Assembly: GCA_963800545.1 (NCBI GenBank)
Contig: CAWDBJ010000002.1
Location: 1,379 to 65,378, forward strand
DNA length: 64,000 nucleotides
Direction of reading: 5' to 3'
DNA from: an uncultured Solirubrobacteraceae bacterium
GTDB taxonomy: Bacteria; Actinomycetota; Thermoleophilia; Solirubrobacterales; Solirubrobacteraceae
A model generated the notes under the pieces. It had not been told where the DNA came from and searched no databases. It saw only the letters and a program-made list of their open reading frames with translations. The position numbers and the translations under genes are program-made. Each line of letters starts with the position of its first letter. Positions within the stretch are counted from its first letter, which is position 1. Positions 1 to 10,803 of this stretch are shown in pieces.

Positions 1-435
1 CGACGCTCCTGCTCCCCGTCGCCGTCGAGGGCGCGCTGTTCGCCGTCGGCGACACCCACGCGGCGATGGGCGACGCCGAGGTGTGCGGGACGGCGGTCGA
101 GACCGCGATGGACATCGCCGTGCGGCTGACCATCGACCCGAGCTCGCAAGGACCTCCCCTACCCCCAGTACACGATCCCGCCCAACGAGCTGAGCCGCAC
201 TGAGACCTCCGGCTACCACGTCTGCACCGGCATCCATCCCGACCTGACCGAGGCCGCGCGGGAGGCGACGCGGGCCACCATCGCGCACATCGAGAGCCGC
301 TACGGCCGCACGCGCGAGGAGGCGTACGCGATCGCCTCCACGGCGGTCGACCTGCGCATCCACGAGATCGTCGACGCTCCCAACTGGACCGTCGGCGCGT
401 TCCTGCCCGAGGCGATCTTCACGGAGGAGTCATAG
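1..435 (+). CDS. acetamidase/formamidase family protein, 3' part (frameshifted)
   Basis: Manual translation gives TLLLPVAVEGALFAVGDTHAAMGDAEVCGTAVET...EEAYAIASTAVDLRIHEIVDAPNWTVGAFLP, typical of this family; stop TAG at 433-435. Confidence 0.85.
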
Positions 436-469
436 CCGCCACCGACGGACCCCGCGACCCGCGGCACCG

Positions 470-1930
470 GTGACCCCGACGCGCGGGAGCCCCAGCCGCC
501 CGCCTCCGGCCTGCGCCGCGAGCTGCGCTTCTGGGAGGCGATCGCCCTGTCGATCGCGATCATGGCGCCCACCGCCGCGATGGCGCTCAACGGCACCGCG
601 CCGGCCTCCGAGATCGGGCGGGCGGTGCCGCTGGCGTTCATCTTCGCCACCGTCGGCGTGCTCTTCGTCTCCTACGCCTTCATCCGCCTGAGCCGGTACT
701 TCGCCCACGCCGGCTCCGTGTTCGCCTTCAGCGGCGCGACCCTCGGTCCGCGGGCCGGGTTCTTCTCCGGCTGGGCGCTGCTCGGCACCTACTTCGCCTT
801 CACCTGCGCCTCGACCGCCGAGGCGGGCGCGTTCGGCATCGCCTTCCTGAGCGGGACGGGCATCGACAAGTCAGCCGACTACGTCGTGATCGCGCTCATC
901 GCCGCCGTCGTCATCGCCCTTCTGGCGTTCGGGGACATTCGCGTGGCGACGCGATCGCTGCTCGGCTTCGAGGGGATCTCCGTGACGCTGATCCTCATCC
1001 TGATGGTGGTCATCGTGGTCAAGCTGATCGGCGGATCGGCACCCCATCACCAGGGCGTCACCCTGGATGCGTTCAAGATCCCCGGGCGGCACCTCGCTCT
1101 CGGCGGTGGGTGCGGCGGCGGTGTTCGGCTTTCTGTCGTTCGCGGGGTTCGAGGGCGCCGCGTCGCTGGGCGAGGAGACGGCCAACCCCCGACGAGAGAT
1201 CCCCCGCGCGATCCGCACCGCCGTGATCGCCAGCGGCATCTTCTACATCCTGTGCATCCTCGTGCAGACGTGGGGCTTTGGCACCGACGCCGCTGGGGTC
1301 AAGGCGTTCTCGACCTCGGGCTCGCCGCTCGGTGACCTCGCCCACAGCTATGTCGGCTCGGCGATGTCCGACGCGATCAACGCCGGCGCGACCCTGAGCG
1401 CGTTCGCCAGCGGGCTGGGCGCGGCCACCGCCGGCGGCCGGATCCTGTTCGCGCTCGCCCGCGACACCCCGCTGGCCAACCTGCTCGGGCGGACCTCGAC
1501 CCGCACCGGCGCCCCCGCCGGCGCGCTGACGGTGACGCTGATCGTGGGCGTCGCGGCGATCATCCTCCAGCGCATCGCCGGGGTGTCGGCCACCAACGCC
1601 TTCTTCTATCCGGGCACGATGGGCGTGCTCAGCCTGCTCGTCGCCTACATCGTCACCAACGTGGGCGCGATCAACCACCTGTTCATCCGCGCCCGCCGCG
1701 CCCCGTTGTGGGAGCTCGTCTTCCCCGTTCTGGGGATCGCGTTCCTCGGCTACACGCTCTACAAGAACGTCACCGGGCAATCGTTCCCGTACAGCCGGTT
1801 TCCGCTGGTCGTCGTGATCTGGCTGGTCGTGGGGCTGCTCATCGTCCTCTTCACCCCGCGGCTGGCCGAGCCGCATCGGCGCCTCGCTGGCCCGCGACGA
1901 GGGCCTCGAACCGTCGAGCCGACCGCGTAC
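470..1930 (+). CDS. APC family amino acid/amine permease (frameshifted, ends approximate)
   Basis: ORFs 562-1335 and 1067-2149 join into a multi-TM protein with LRRELRFWEAIALSIAIMAP and FAGFEGAASLGEETANPRREIPRAI. Confidence 0.88.
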
Positions 1931-1935
1931 GCTCG

Positions 1936-2640
1936 TGCCCGACACGACGTACCACCCCGCGGCCAGCCGCGAGCTCAAGGCCTATCTCGCCACCCCTGTC
2001 GGCGAGGGGCCGTGGCCGGGCGTCGTCGTCATCCAGGACGCTCCTCGGTCTCGGGGACGACATCAGCCTCCAGGCCGACCGGCTGGCCGCCGCCGGCTAC
2101 CTGGCGTTCGCGCCCGACCTGTACTCCGGTCGCGGACCGCGCTGTGTGATCGCGACCCTGCAGGCCTCACGCTCGGGGACGGGCGAGGCCTACGAGGACA
2201 TCGAGGCCGCCCGCCAGTGGCTGGCCGCGCGCGAGGACTGCACCGGCAAGATCGGGATCATCGGTTTCTGCATGGGCGGCGGCTTCGCCCTGATGTGCGC
2301 GCCCCGCTACGACTTCCAGGCGGCGTCGGTCAACTACGGCGAGCTTCCCGGCGACGCCGCCGAGCGGCTGGCCGGCGCCTGCCCGGTCGTCGCCAGCTAC
2401 GGCAAGCGCGACCGGGCGCTCAGAGGCCGCGCGCAGCGCCTGGAGGAGACGCTCACGCAGCTGAACGTCCCCCACGACGTCAAGGAGTACCCCGACGCGG
2501 GGCACAGCTTCATGAACCGCATCAACGTCGGGCCGCTGGGTCCCGTGCTCACCATCGTGGGGCTCAACTACGTGCACGATGCCGCCGAGGATTCCTGGCG
2601 GCGGATCCTCGAGTTCTTCGCCGTCCACCTGCAGGCCTAA
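1936..2640 (+). CDS. dienelactone hydrolase family protein
   Basis: GPWPGVVVIQD, GFCMGGG nucleophile motif, YPDAGHSF; one frameshift near 2040. Confidence 0.9.
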   Translation, partial: CPTRRTTPRPAASSRPISPPLSARGRGRASSSSRTLLGLGDDISLQADRLAAAGYLAFAPDLYSGRGPRCVIATLQASRSGTGEAYEDIEAARQWLAAREDCTGKIGIIGFCMGGGFALMCAPRYDFQAASVNYGELPGDAAERLAGACPVVASYGKRDRALRGRAQRLEETLTQLNVPHDVKEYPDAGHSFMNRINVGPLGPVLTIVGLNYVHDAAEDSWRRILEFFAVHLQA

Positions 2641-2668
2641 CCGCCGCCGAAACCACCGCGCCGAACGA

Positions 2669-2696
2669 TCCGGCTGCAAGATTCCGTGCAGCCGGA
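2669..2696 (+). terminator. inverted repeat after the dienelactone hydrolase gene (possible terminator)
   Basis: tccggctgca-agattccg-tgcagccgga, perfect 10-bp stem with no U tract. Confidence 0.45.
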
Positions 2697-2741
2697 GGAA
2701 CAGGCGTCACCGCATCGACGGCGTCTGTACGGTGTTCCCAC

Positions 2742-2875
2742 CTTCAGCCGAGTCTCCGGGCCGCCAATCCGGAGAACGGGGAACCCACGTTGTTGGGGCG
2801 AGTCCCGCGGTGATCCGCGGGAAGCGGTCGCTCGAGAAGAGCGATCGCGAGCCCGTCAGCTAACCCCGCAGGCGC
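2742..2875 (+). ncRNA. c-di-AMP (ydaO/yuaA) riboswitch
   Basis: Conserved blocks GCCGAGTC..., GGAGAACGGGGAACCC, TTGGGGCGAGTC, GAGCCCGTCAGCTAACCCCGCAGGC; lies upstream of a cell-wall hydrolase gene, the usual actinobacterial context. Confidence 0.88.
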
Positions 2876-2919
2876 CGGCACCCCGCCAGCACACCGCCCA
2901 GCAGCTGCGTTCGTTCCCG

Positions 2920-3744
2920 ATGCTCACCCGATCCCGGATCCGTGTCCCTATCCCGAGGGCCCTGGCCCTCGCCGCGCTCGCCGCTGTGATCGCGCTCGCG
3001 ACCGTGGCGGCGCTGCCGCGGCAGCGCTCACGCCGCGCCGATCCGCCGCGTGCTGCGCATGGGCGACCACGGCCGCGACGTCGCGCACCCTGCAGCGCTG
3101 GCTGTCGCGGGTCGGCATCCGCACCTCCGCCGACGGGATGTTCGGGCCGGGCACCAAGCACTCCGTCCAGCGCTTCCAGCGGGCCGCGCACCTGTCGCCG
3201 CCGAGCGGCACGGTCGGCATCCACACCCGCTCGACGCTCGCCCGCTGGGTTCGCCGCGGCCGGACGGTGCGGATCCGCGCCGGCGGCGCCGACGGCGCGC
3301 TCGACGCGGTGGGTGTTCCCCATCTCCCCGCACCGCATCGTCGCCTCGCCCTCGAGCTGGACCCAGGATCAGGGCGTCGACATCGGCACCGTCAACAACG
3401 CCTGCGGCTCGAGCGCCACCGAGGTGGCCATGACCTCGGGGACGGTCGTCAAGGAGGGGATCGACGGCTTCGGCCCCGACGCGCCGGTGATCAAGATCGA
3501 CAGCGGCGCCTACGCCGGGCGCTACCTGTACTACGGCCACGCCAAGCCGGCCCTCGTGCGCGTGGGCGCCCACGTCCACACCGGCCAGCCGATCGCCGAG
3601 GTGGGCTGCGGTCACGTCGGGCTGTCGGAGGCGCCGCACCTCGAGATCGGGATCAGCGCGCCCGGCGGGCCGCCCTGCTGTCCGGGGATGGGCGAGACCT
3701 CCAGCGAGATGTACGGGATCGTCCGCCAGCTCTACGGGCGCTGA
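2920..3744 (+). CDS. secreted peptidoglycan-binding domain + M23-like peptidase (frameshifted)
   Basis: Signal peptide; PG-binding motif [12 protein letters not shown] and [16 protein letters not shown]; M23 part DQGVDIG...YYGH...[11 protein letters not shown]...PHLEIG. Confidence 0.82.
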   Translation: MLTRSRIRVPIPRALALAALAAVIALATVAALPRQRSRRADPPRAAHGRPRPRRRAPCSAGCRGSASAPPPTGCSGRAPSTPSSASSGPRTCRRRAARSASTPARRSPAGFAAAGRCGSAPAAPTARSTRWVFPISPHRIVASPSSWTQDQGVDIGTVNNACGSSATEVAMTSGTVVKEGIDGFGPDAPVIKIDSGAYAGRYLYYGHAKPALVRVGAHVHTGQPIAEVGCGHVGLSEAPHLEIGISAPGGPPCCPGMGETSSEMYGIVRQLYGR

Positions 3745-3800
3745 CCCGGCACGCGCGCCCGGCGCTGACCCGGCGGACCCGGCGGACCCGGCAGCCCACC
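3742..3800. repeat. short imperfect tandem repeat (GACCCGGC units) between convergent genes
   Basis: ctgacccggc...ctgacccggcggacccggcggacccggc. Confidence 0.5.
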
Positions 3801-3809
3801 CGCCGGCAC

Positions 3810-4974
3810 TCACAGCCAGTCCGGCGCCTCCCCCACCCATCGCCCGCCGATCATCGTCGCGCAACCGCGCAGCTCCTCGTCGAGCACGACGAGATCGGCC
3901 GCTCGCCCGACAGCGATCGCCCCGTAGCGGTCACTGATCCCCAGCACGGCCGCCGGGGCGCTGGAGCCCAGCGTCACCGCCTGCGCAACGGAGAGCCCCA
4001 TCAAGCGCACCGCGCCCGCCAGCGCGGCATCCATCGTCAGGGTGCTCCCGGCGAGCGTCTCCGTCCCCGGCAGCACCGCTCGCCCGTCGAGCGACCGCCA
4101 CCGCCGTCGAACCGAGCGAGAACGCGCCGTCGCCCATCCCCGCCCCCGCCATCGCATCAGTCACCAGCCGCAGCCCGCCCAGCCCGCGCGCCCGCAGGGC
4201 GACCCGCATCGCCGGCGCCGACACGTGGAGCCCGTCGCAGATGAGCTCGCAGGACAGCTCGTCGAGCTCGAGGGCCGCGCCGGCGAGCCCCGGCTCGCGG
4301 TGATGAAACCCCGACATCGCGTTGAACAGGTGGGTGACGGAGCGCGCCCCCGCCCGCCAGGCCGCCAGCGCCACCGCGTACCCGCCGTCGGAGTGACCGA
4401 GTGAGGCCACCACCCCAGCGCCGGTCAGCGCGACGATCGCCTCGAGCGCTCCCGGCAGCTCGGGCGCGATCGTCATCATCGCCAGCCGTCCGCCGCCCGC
4501 CGACAGCAGCCGGCTGACCAGACCACCGCAAGGAACCAGGAACGTCCCCGGGTCCATCGCCCCCGGCCGGGCGGGACTGAGGAACGGCCCCTCGAGATGG
4601 ACCCCGAGTATCCGCGCCCCCTCGCCAGGCCGGGCACGGACAGCAGAGACGGCCGCCATCGCCCGCTCCAGGTCGCCGACCGGCGCCGACACCATCGTCG
4701 CCAGCAGCCCCGTCGTCCCGTGCCGGGCATGGAAGCGGCAGGCCGCCCGCACCTCGTCGGGCTCAAGAGTGTTGAACTGCGCCCCGCCGCCGCCATGGAC
4801 GTGGGTGTCGATCAGCCCCGGGATCAGCCAGCGGTCGCCGCATGTCGGCGCCGAGCGGACCCGGCCGGGCGACACGGAGACGATCTCCCCGTCCAGCACC
4901 TCCACGGTCGCATCAACCGGGCCCGACGGCACGACCACCCGCCGGCTGTGCAGCAGAGCAGTCGTCCCGGCCAC
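3810..4974 (-). CDS. nagA: N-acetylglucosamine-6-phosphate deacetylase
   Basis: [48 protein letters not shown]; frameshift near 4090. Confidence 0.93.
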
Positions 4975-5002
4975 AAACCTGGTCAGCCCGGCCGAGACCG
5001 GC

Positions 5003-5463
5003 TCAGAGCATCCGCGAGGACCACAGCAGCGCCGCCAGGATGACGCTGACGATCGACACCACCAGGCCGACGATCCAGCCCTGCGAATGGCTGGAGACCA
5101 TGATGGCGGCGATGGCGACCCCGATACCGACGATCCCGCAGGTGGCGATCAGCCGGACGACGAGCCGTTCGAGCTTGGAGCGCCGGCGCTCGCGGTTGGG
5201 GAGCATGTTCGCCGACTCGGCGTGTGCCGGGGCGCTCCCGGCGGCGGGCGCGGCGGCCGGCGGACGTTCCTCATAGAGCGGCGGCGGCGCCTCGGCGGCA
5301 GGCTCGAGCCCCCGCCCGGGGCCCGGCGCCGACTCGGCCTGAGGATCGACTGCTGGGACTCAAGCTCCCCAGAGCCGGCCGGCTCGCCCTCGGCGGCCAT
5401 GCCTGGATCGTCGCGGGGGGCGACGAGCGGCTCCTCGTCTCCGGCTGAATGCTCGGTGCTCAC
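5003..5463 (-). CDS. small membrane protein with two C-terminal TM helices (probable frameshift join)
   Basis: Hydrophobic ORF 5003-5206 preceded by low-complexity ORF 5149-5463. Confidence 0.5.
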
Positions 5464-5529
5464 GTTTCGTGTGTATCACCGCGGCGGGCAGGCGGCAAAC
5501 CCCGCACGGCCAATAGCATCGGCCCGGCG

Positions 5530-6744
5530 ATGAGCCCGCCCTCCCCCTCCTCCGCCACGCTTGACAGCCACGACGCCGCGGCGCTCGACGCCGCCGACCC
5601 GCTCGCGTCCTTCCAGGAGCGCTTCACCGCCGCGCCGCCCGGCCTCGTCTACCTCGACGGCAACTCGCTGGGCCGCCTGCCGCTGAGCACCCCGGCGGCC
5701 ATCAGCGATCTCGTGAACCGCCAGTGGGGAGAGCGGCTCATCCGCAGCTGGACTGAGGGCTGGATGGACTTGCCGACCGCCATCGGCGACCGCCTCGGCG
5801 CCCACCTGCTCGGGGCGGCGCCGGGCCAGACGGTGCTCGCCGACTCGACCTCCGTGTGCTTCTACAAGCTCGCCGCCGCCGCGCTCGCCGCCCGACCGCA
5901 GCGCCGGACGATCATCACCGACGCCGGCAACTTCCCCACCGATCGCTACGTCCTCGAGGGGCTGGCCGAGCAGTACGACAAGGAGATCGTGTGGGTCGAT
6001 CCCGCCGACGCCGCCGCCGTCATCGATCAGGGCACGGCGCTCGTCACCTTCTGCCACGCCGACTACCGCACGGCGGCGATCAACGACATGGCCGCCATCA
6101 CCCGGGCCGCCCACGACGCGGGCGCCCTCGTCCTGTGGGATCTCAGCCACTCCGTGGGGGCGGTCCCCATCGCGCTTGACGCCGACGGCGTCGACCTGGC
6201 GGTCGGCTGCACCTACAAGTACCTCAACGGCGGACCGGGCACCCCCGCCTTCCTGTACGTCAACCAGCGCCACCACGACACCCTGCGCCAGCCGATCTGG
6301 GGGTGGCTCGGCCGCGAGGACCCCTTCGCGATGGCGCCCGGGTACGTCCCCGGGCCGGGGATCGCCGCCTTCACCTCGGGGACGCCCTCGGTCCTGGGTC
6401 TGGTCGCCGCCCAGCAGGGGATCGAGCTCGTCATCGAGGCCGGCCTGGAACCGATCCGCGCCAAGTCAACCCGGCTCACCAGCTACGCGATCGCCCTCGC
6501 CGACCAGATCCCGGGGATCGGTGTCGGCTCGCCCCGCGAGGACGGCCGGCGCGGCTCCCACGTCGCCCTCACCCACCCGCAGGCGCGGCGGATCACGGAG
6601 GAGCTCATCGCGGCCGATGTCATCGTCGACTTCCGCGAGCCCGACGTCATCCGTCTCGGCCTCTCGCCGCTGACGACGACCTTCGCCGACGTCCGGGCCG
6701 GCCTTCAGGCCGTTCAGCGCAGCGTGGCCGGCACCCCGAACTGA
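5530..6744 (+). CDS. kynU: kynureninase
   Basis: YLDGNSLG, WDLSHSVGA, GCTYKYLNGGPG (PLP lysine), RRGSHV, DFREPDVIRLG. Confidence 0.93.
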   Translation: MSPPSPSSATLDSHDAAALDAADPLASFQERFTAAPPGLVYLDGNSLGRLPLSTPAAISDLVNRQWGERLIRSWTEGWMDLPTAIGDRLGAHLLGAAPGQTVLADSTSVCFYKLAAAALAARPQRRTIITDAGNFPTDRYVLEGLAEQYDKEIVWVDPADAAAVIDQGTALVTFCHADYRTAAINDMAAITRAAHDAGALVLWDLSHSVGAVPIALDADGVDLAVGCTYKYLNGGPGTPAFLYVNQRHHDTLRQPIWGWLGREDPFAMAPGYVPGPGIAAFTSGTPSVLGLVAAQQGIELVIEAGLEPIRAKSTRLTSYAIALADQIPGIGVGSPREDGRRGSHVALTHPQARRITEELIAADVIVDFREPDVIRLGLSPLTTTFADVRAGLQAVQRSVAGTPN

Positions 6745-7721
6745 GAGAGCGACTCGCCCCTCTCGGGGAAGCGGGTGACGGACTCGATCGCGCCGTCGCG
6801 GGTCGAGAAGACGAACAGGCCCGAGCGGGTCCACACGCCGTCGACCGGCAGGTAGTAGGCGTAGGCGGGCTGCAGATTGGCCCCGCTGGCCACGAAGAAC
6901 CACGCTGAGCCGCGTCGCTCTGACCGTCCCCGCAGGAAGGCCCCGACCGCCTCCGGCCCCTGGTGCCACTCCGGTTCGGGTGGCATGCTGACGACCGCGT
7001 CCTCCGTCAGCATGGCGACCACCGCGTCGATGTCGTCACGCTCGAAGGCCTCAGCGAAGCGGGCCACCAGCTCGCCGTCGGCGCCGGGCACGCGCAGGCG
7101 GTCGCGGCCGACCGGCACCCGGGACTCCAGGCCGCCCCGCGCCCGCTGCAGCGCGCTGTTGACGGAGGCCACTGACGTGGCCAGCATCTCGGCCACCTCG
7201 TCGGCGTGGAAACCGAGCACGTCGCGGAGCACGAGGACCGCCCGCTGGCGGGGAGCGAGATGCTGCAGCCCCGAGACGAAGGCCAGCGCCACCGTCTCCT
7301 TGGCCTCATAGCGCGCGTCGGGGCCGGGGGCGGCGTCGACGATCCCCTCGAGCAGCCGGTCGGGATAGGGCTCAAGCCAGGAGACCTCGGCGTGGTTCTC
7401 GGCGGCGGCATGGACGAGCGCGGGGCGCCGCTTGCGATCGCGCAGCACGTTGAGGCAGCGGTTGGTGGCGATCGTGTACAGCCACGCCCGCAGCGAGGAG
7501 CGGCCCTCGAACTGCTCAAGGCCCCGCCAGGCGGCCAGCAGCGTCTCCTGCAGCAGGTCCTCGGCGTCCTGCAGGGAGCCGAGGATCCGGTAGCAGTGCA
7601 GCTGCAGTTCGCGCCGGTAGGGCTCCGTCAGCGCGGCGAAGGCCGCCTCGTCTCCGCGCTGGGCGCGGGCGAGGCGGTTGCGGCACAGCAGGTCCGCCGA
7701 TGGAGTCATCTCGTGCATCAC
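6714..7721 (-). CDS. ECF sigma-70 factor with C-terminal SnoaL-like domain (SigG-like)
   Basis: LHCYRILGSLQDAEDLLQETLLAAW, WLEPYPD, region 4 RAVLVLRDVLG, C-terminal AFERDDIDAVVAML...ANLQPA. Confidence 0.9.
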   Translation of the reverse strand: MMHEMTPSADLLCRNRLARAQRGDEAAFAALTEPYRRELQLHCYRILGSLQDAEDLLQETLLAAWRGLEQFEGRSSLRAWLYTIATNRCLNVLRDRKRRPALVHAAAENHAEVSWLEPYPDRLLEGIVDAAPGPDARYEAKETVALAFVSGLQHLAPRQRAVLVLRDVLGFHADEVAEMLATSVASVNSALQRARGGLESRVPVGRDRLRVPGADGELVARFAEAFERDDIDAVVAMLTEDAVVSMPPEPEWHQGPEAVGAFLRGRSERRGSAWFFVASGANLQPAYAYYLPVDGVWTRSGLFVFSTRDGAIESVTRFPERGESLSQFGVPATLR

Positions 7722-7820
7722 CCGACATGAGACACGACTTCGCCGAGAAAGTCATCGGTCAATTGAGCGGCCCTGGCGGGGTCTTTGCGTCTGACCCCAC
7801 CTCGACGCAAGGAGACCGCC

Positions 7821-9242
7821 GTGAAAACCACCTCGACAGAACGCTGGGTGCTCGTGCTCAGCTCGATCGCTTCCCTGATGGTGGCGCTCGACGTGCTCGT
7901 CGTCTCGACGGCGCTGGGCGCCATCCGCCACTCCCTCGGAGCCTCCCTGACAGAGCTCGAGTGGACGGTCAACGCCTACGGCCTGAGCTTTGCGGTGCTG
8001 CTCGTGGGCGCCTCCTCGATCGGCGATCGCCTCGGGCGCCGGCGGATGTTCGCCGTCGGGCTGGGACTGTTCGTCGTCGGCTCGGCGGCGTGCGCGCTGG
8101 CGCCCTCCGCGGGGGCGCTGATCGCCGCCCGGGCGATCCAGGGGGCAGCGGCGGCGCTCGTCGCTCCGCTGTCGCTGTCGCTGCTGGGGGCCACCTTCCC
8201 GCCGCAGCGCCGGGCGTGGGCGCTCGGGATCTACAGCGGCATCACCGGCCTGGCGGTCCTGGGTGGGCCGGTCGTCGGCGGCGCGATCACCCAGGGCCTC
8301 GCCTGGCAATGGGTCTTCTGGATCAACGTGCCGATCGGGCTGATCGCCATCCCGCTGGTGATGGCGCGGGTGCCCGAGAGCTTCGGGCCGCGGGCCCGCT
8401 TCGATCTCCCCGGCCTGGGGCTGGTCACCGCCGCCGGGCTGGGCGTCGTCTACGGCCTGATCCGCGGCAACGCCGCCGGCTGGGGGAGCGCCGAGGTGCT
8501 GATCTCCCTGGCGGTCGGCTTCGTCTCGCTGGGCGCCTTTCTCGTGTGGGAGCGCCGCACCCCGGAACCGATGCTCCCCCCGCGCCTGTTCGCCTCGCGC
8601 GGCTTCTCGGCCGGGAACGCGAGCAACTTCCTGCTGTCGGCGTGCCTGTTCTGCGCGGTCTTCTTCATGGCCCAGTTCCAGCAGATCGCGCTCGGTCAGG
8701 GACCGCTGGACTCCGGGCTGCGGCTGCTGCCGTGGACGGCGACCCTGTTCATCATCGCCCCGATCGCCGGGTCGCTGGCCGGGCGGGTGGGCGAGCGCCC
8801 GCTCGTCGTCGGCGGGCTGCTGCTCCAGGCCGCCGGGATGGGATGGATCGCCCTCATCGCCTCACCGACGATGGCCTATGTCGGCCTGATCGCGCCGCTG
8901 GCGATCGCCGGCGCGGGCATCTCGATGGCCATCCCCGCCACTCAGAGCGCGGTCATGAACGCCGTGTCGCCGGCCGACCTCGGGAAGGCGTCGGGGGTGA
9001 GCATGATGATGCGCCAGCTCGGCGGCGTCTTCGGGGTGGCGATCGGCGCCGCCGTGTTCACCGGCGCCGGAAGCTACGCCTCCCCGCAGGCCTTCGGCGA
9101 CGGCTTCGGACCGGCGCTGGGGATCGCCGCCGCCTTCTCGCTGCTCGGCGCCCTGACCGCCGTCATCCTGCCGCGCACGCGGCAGGGTGCCCGGTCGGCC
9201 GAGCGTGCGCCGGCGGCCGCGATGGAGGGCAGCGTCGCCTGA
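7821..9242 (+). CDS. DHA2 family MFS efflux transporter
   Basis: EmrB-like pattern LEWTVNAY, GDRLGRRR, WVFWINVPIG; SD AAGGAG before GTG. Confidence 0.92.
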   Translation: MKTTSTERWVLVLSSIASLMVALDVLVVSTALGAIRHSLGASLTELEWTVNAYGLSFAVLLVGASSIGDRLGRRRMFAVGLGLFVVGSAACALAPSAGALIAARAIQGAAAALVAPLSLSLLGATFPPQRRAWALGIYSGITGLAVLGGPVVGGAITQGLAWQWVFWINVPIGLIAIPLVMARVPESFGPRARFDLPGLGLVTAAGLGVVYGLIRGNAAGWGSAEVLISLAVGFVSLGAFLVWERRTPEPMLPPRLFASRGFSAGNASNFLLSACLFCAVFFMAQFQQIALGQGPLDSGLRLLPWTATLFIIAPIAGSLAGRVGERPLVVGGLLLQAAGMGWIALIASPTMAYVGLIAPLAIAGAGISMAIPATQSAVMNAVSPADLGKASGVSMMMRQLGGVFGVAIGAAVFTGAGSYASPQAFGDGFGPALGIAAAFSLLGALTAVILPRTRQGARSAERAPAAAMEGSVA

Positions 9243-9384
9243 CGCCGCAAACCTGTGCAAAGGCGGCCAGAACCGTCTGCGGGGATCTGGTCACGGCCAT
9301 CCCGGCGTGTCATGCTGGCCTCCCGCGGCGCCGGGGAGCAGGGCCTCTGCGCGCGCCCAACGAGAGCAACACATTGGAGCGTGG

Positions 9385-9756
9385 ATGACTGCAGAGCGGA
9401 AGGCCTCGCGCGCCGGGATGTTCGCCGACATCGACCGCATGGACGCCGAGGCGTGGGCGGCCTACCTGGCGCCCGATGCGGTGATGCGCTTTGGCAACGG
9501 CGACCCGGTCCACGGACGGGAGGCCTGCCGCGACGCGCTCGCCGCCTTCTACGACCAGATCCACGGCCTGTCGCATCACGTCATCGAGCAGTGGGAGCAC
9601 GGCGCGGCCACGATCGTCGAGGCCGCGGTCACCTACACCCGGACAGACGACCGCGAGGTCACCGTCCCGGTGGTCACCATCTATCGCACCAACGCTGACG
9701 ACCTGATCGCCGACTACCGGGTCTACATCGACCTGGCGCCGGTGTTCGCTAGCTGA
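9385..9756 (+). CDS. SnoaL/NTF2-like protein
   Basis: FADIDRMDAEAWAAYLAPDAVMRFGNGDPVHGR...YRVYIDLAPV. Confidence 0.85.
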   Translation: MTAERKASRAGMFADIDRMDAEAWAAYLAPDAVMRFGNGDPVHGREACRDALAAFYDQIHGLSHHVIEQWEHGAATIVEAAVTYTRTDDREVTVPVVTIYRTNADDLIADYRVYIDLAPVFAS

Positions 9757-10724
9757 CGACGGTCTCGTCGGTCTCGATCGGCTCCAGCTGGGCGATCTCC
9801 GAGCGGCGATGCTCCCAGTGGGGCGGGATGCACATGTGCGTGCCCAGCTCCTCGAGGGACTCATCGATGAACATGCCCTCGGGCGCGTTGTAACAGAGCT
9901 CGACCAGCAGCCCGCTGGGGCTGCGGCAGTACATCGAGAAGAAGTAGCCGCGGTCCTTGGGCTCTGAGACATCCGTGAAGCCCAGCCCGACGATGTAGTC
10001 CTTGACCGTCTGCTGGTTCTCGGCCGAGAGGACGTCGAAGGCGTGGTGGTGAATCGTTCCCTCGCCGAAGTTCCAGGTGCCCTGCGGCAGGTCGGGCTCC
10101 TCGACGAGCTCGAGCATCCGGCCGTGGCCCTCCTCGTCACCGATCTGGAACTGGAGGTGGGCGCCCTCGGAGGCGGTGTTGACGGCGTTCATGCCCTCGG
10201 TCAGGAAGAACACCATCGGGTCGGGCTCGCGCACGGAGGTCGTCGTGCCGTAGGCGCCGCGGATACCGTGCTCGGCGGGCACCGGACCGTCGTGGGGCTC
10301 GCGGGAGTCCGGGCCGGGGTCGCCGACGAAGGCGTAGTCGATCCCGCAGGGATGCTTGAAGGCCAGGCGCTCAGTGCCGAACAGCTCGAGGCGCTCGTGC
10401 TGCACTCCCGTGCTCGCTCAGGCGGTCAGCCCAGTAGCCGATCGAGTTCTCCGGGACCGAGAGGTTGATGACCTTCGCCTGGTTGGTCCCGCGCTTGCCC
10501 ATCCAGCCGGCCTGGCGGTAGGGGAAGGCGGTCAGCAGCGTGCTCGGATCGGCCGTCCGGTTGCCGTAGTACAGGTGATAGATGGGGATCTCACCGTCGA
10601 ACAGGACCGTCTTCTTGACGCTGCGCAGGCCGAGCAGGCGCACGTGGAAGTCGTAGTCCTCCTGCGCCCCGCCGACGCAGAACGTCAGGTGGTGAGTGCC
10701 GCGCACGAGCCCTGGATTGGGCAT
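9749..10724 (-). CDS. VOC/glyoxalase-type ring-cleaving dioxygenase (MhqO/PcpA-like), frameshifted
   Basis: GTHHLT, GLRSVKKTV, YHLYYG, GTIHHHAF, DRGYFFSMYCRSPSGLLVE. Confidence 0.88.
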
Positions 10725-10803
10725 GATCTCTCCTCTCGGTTGCCGCTGGCGCAGATCCTACTTGAGCGCGCAATGGCTGCACGCCACGCGAACACGTGGG
10801 CGC

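Noticed and set aside
7700-9388. Long Arg/Pro-rich alternative-frame and antisense ORFs (this one and many others in the track)
   Set aside because: These are shadow ORFs expected at this GC content, each overlapping a recognisable gene.
10789-10802. Second SOS box (CGAAC-ACGT-GGGCG)
   Set aside because: Two mismatches in one half-site and no DNA-damage-related gene context.
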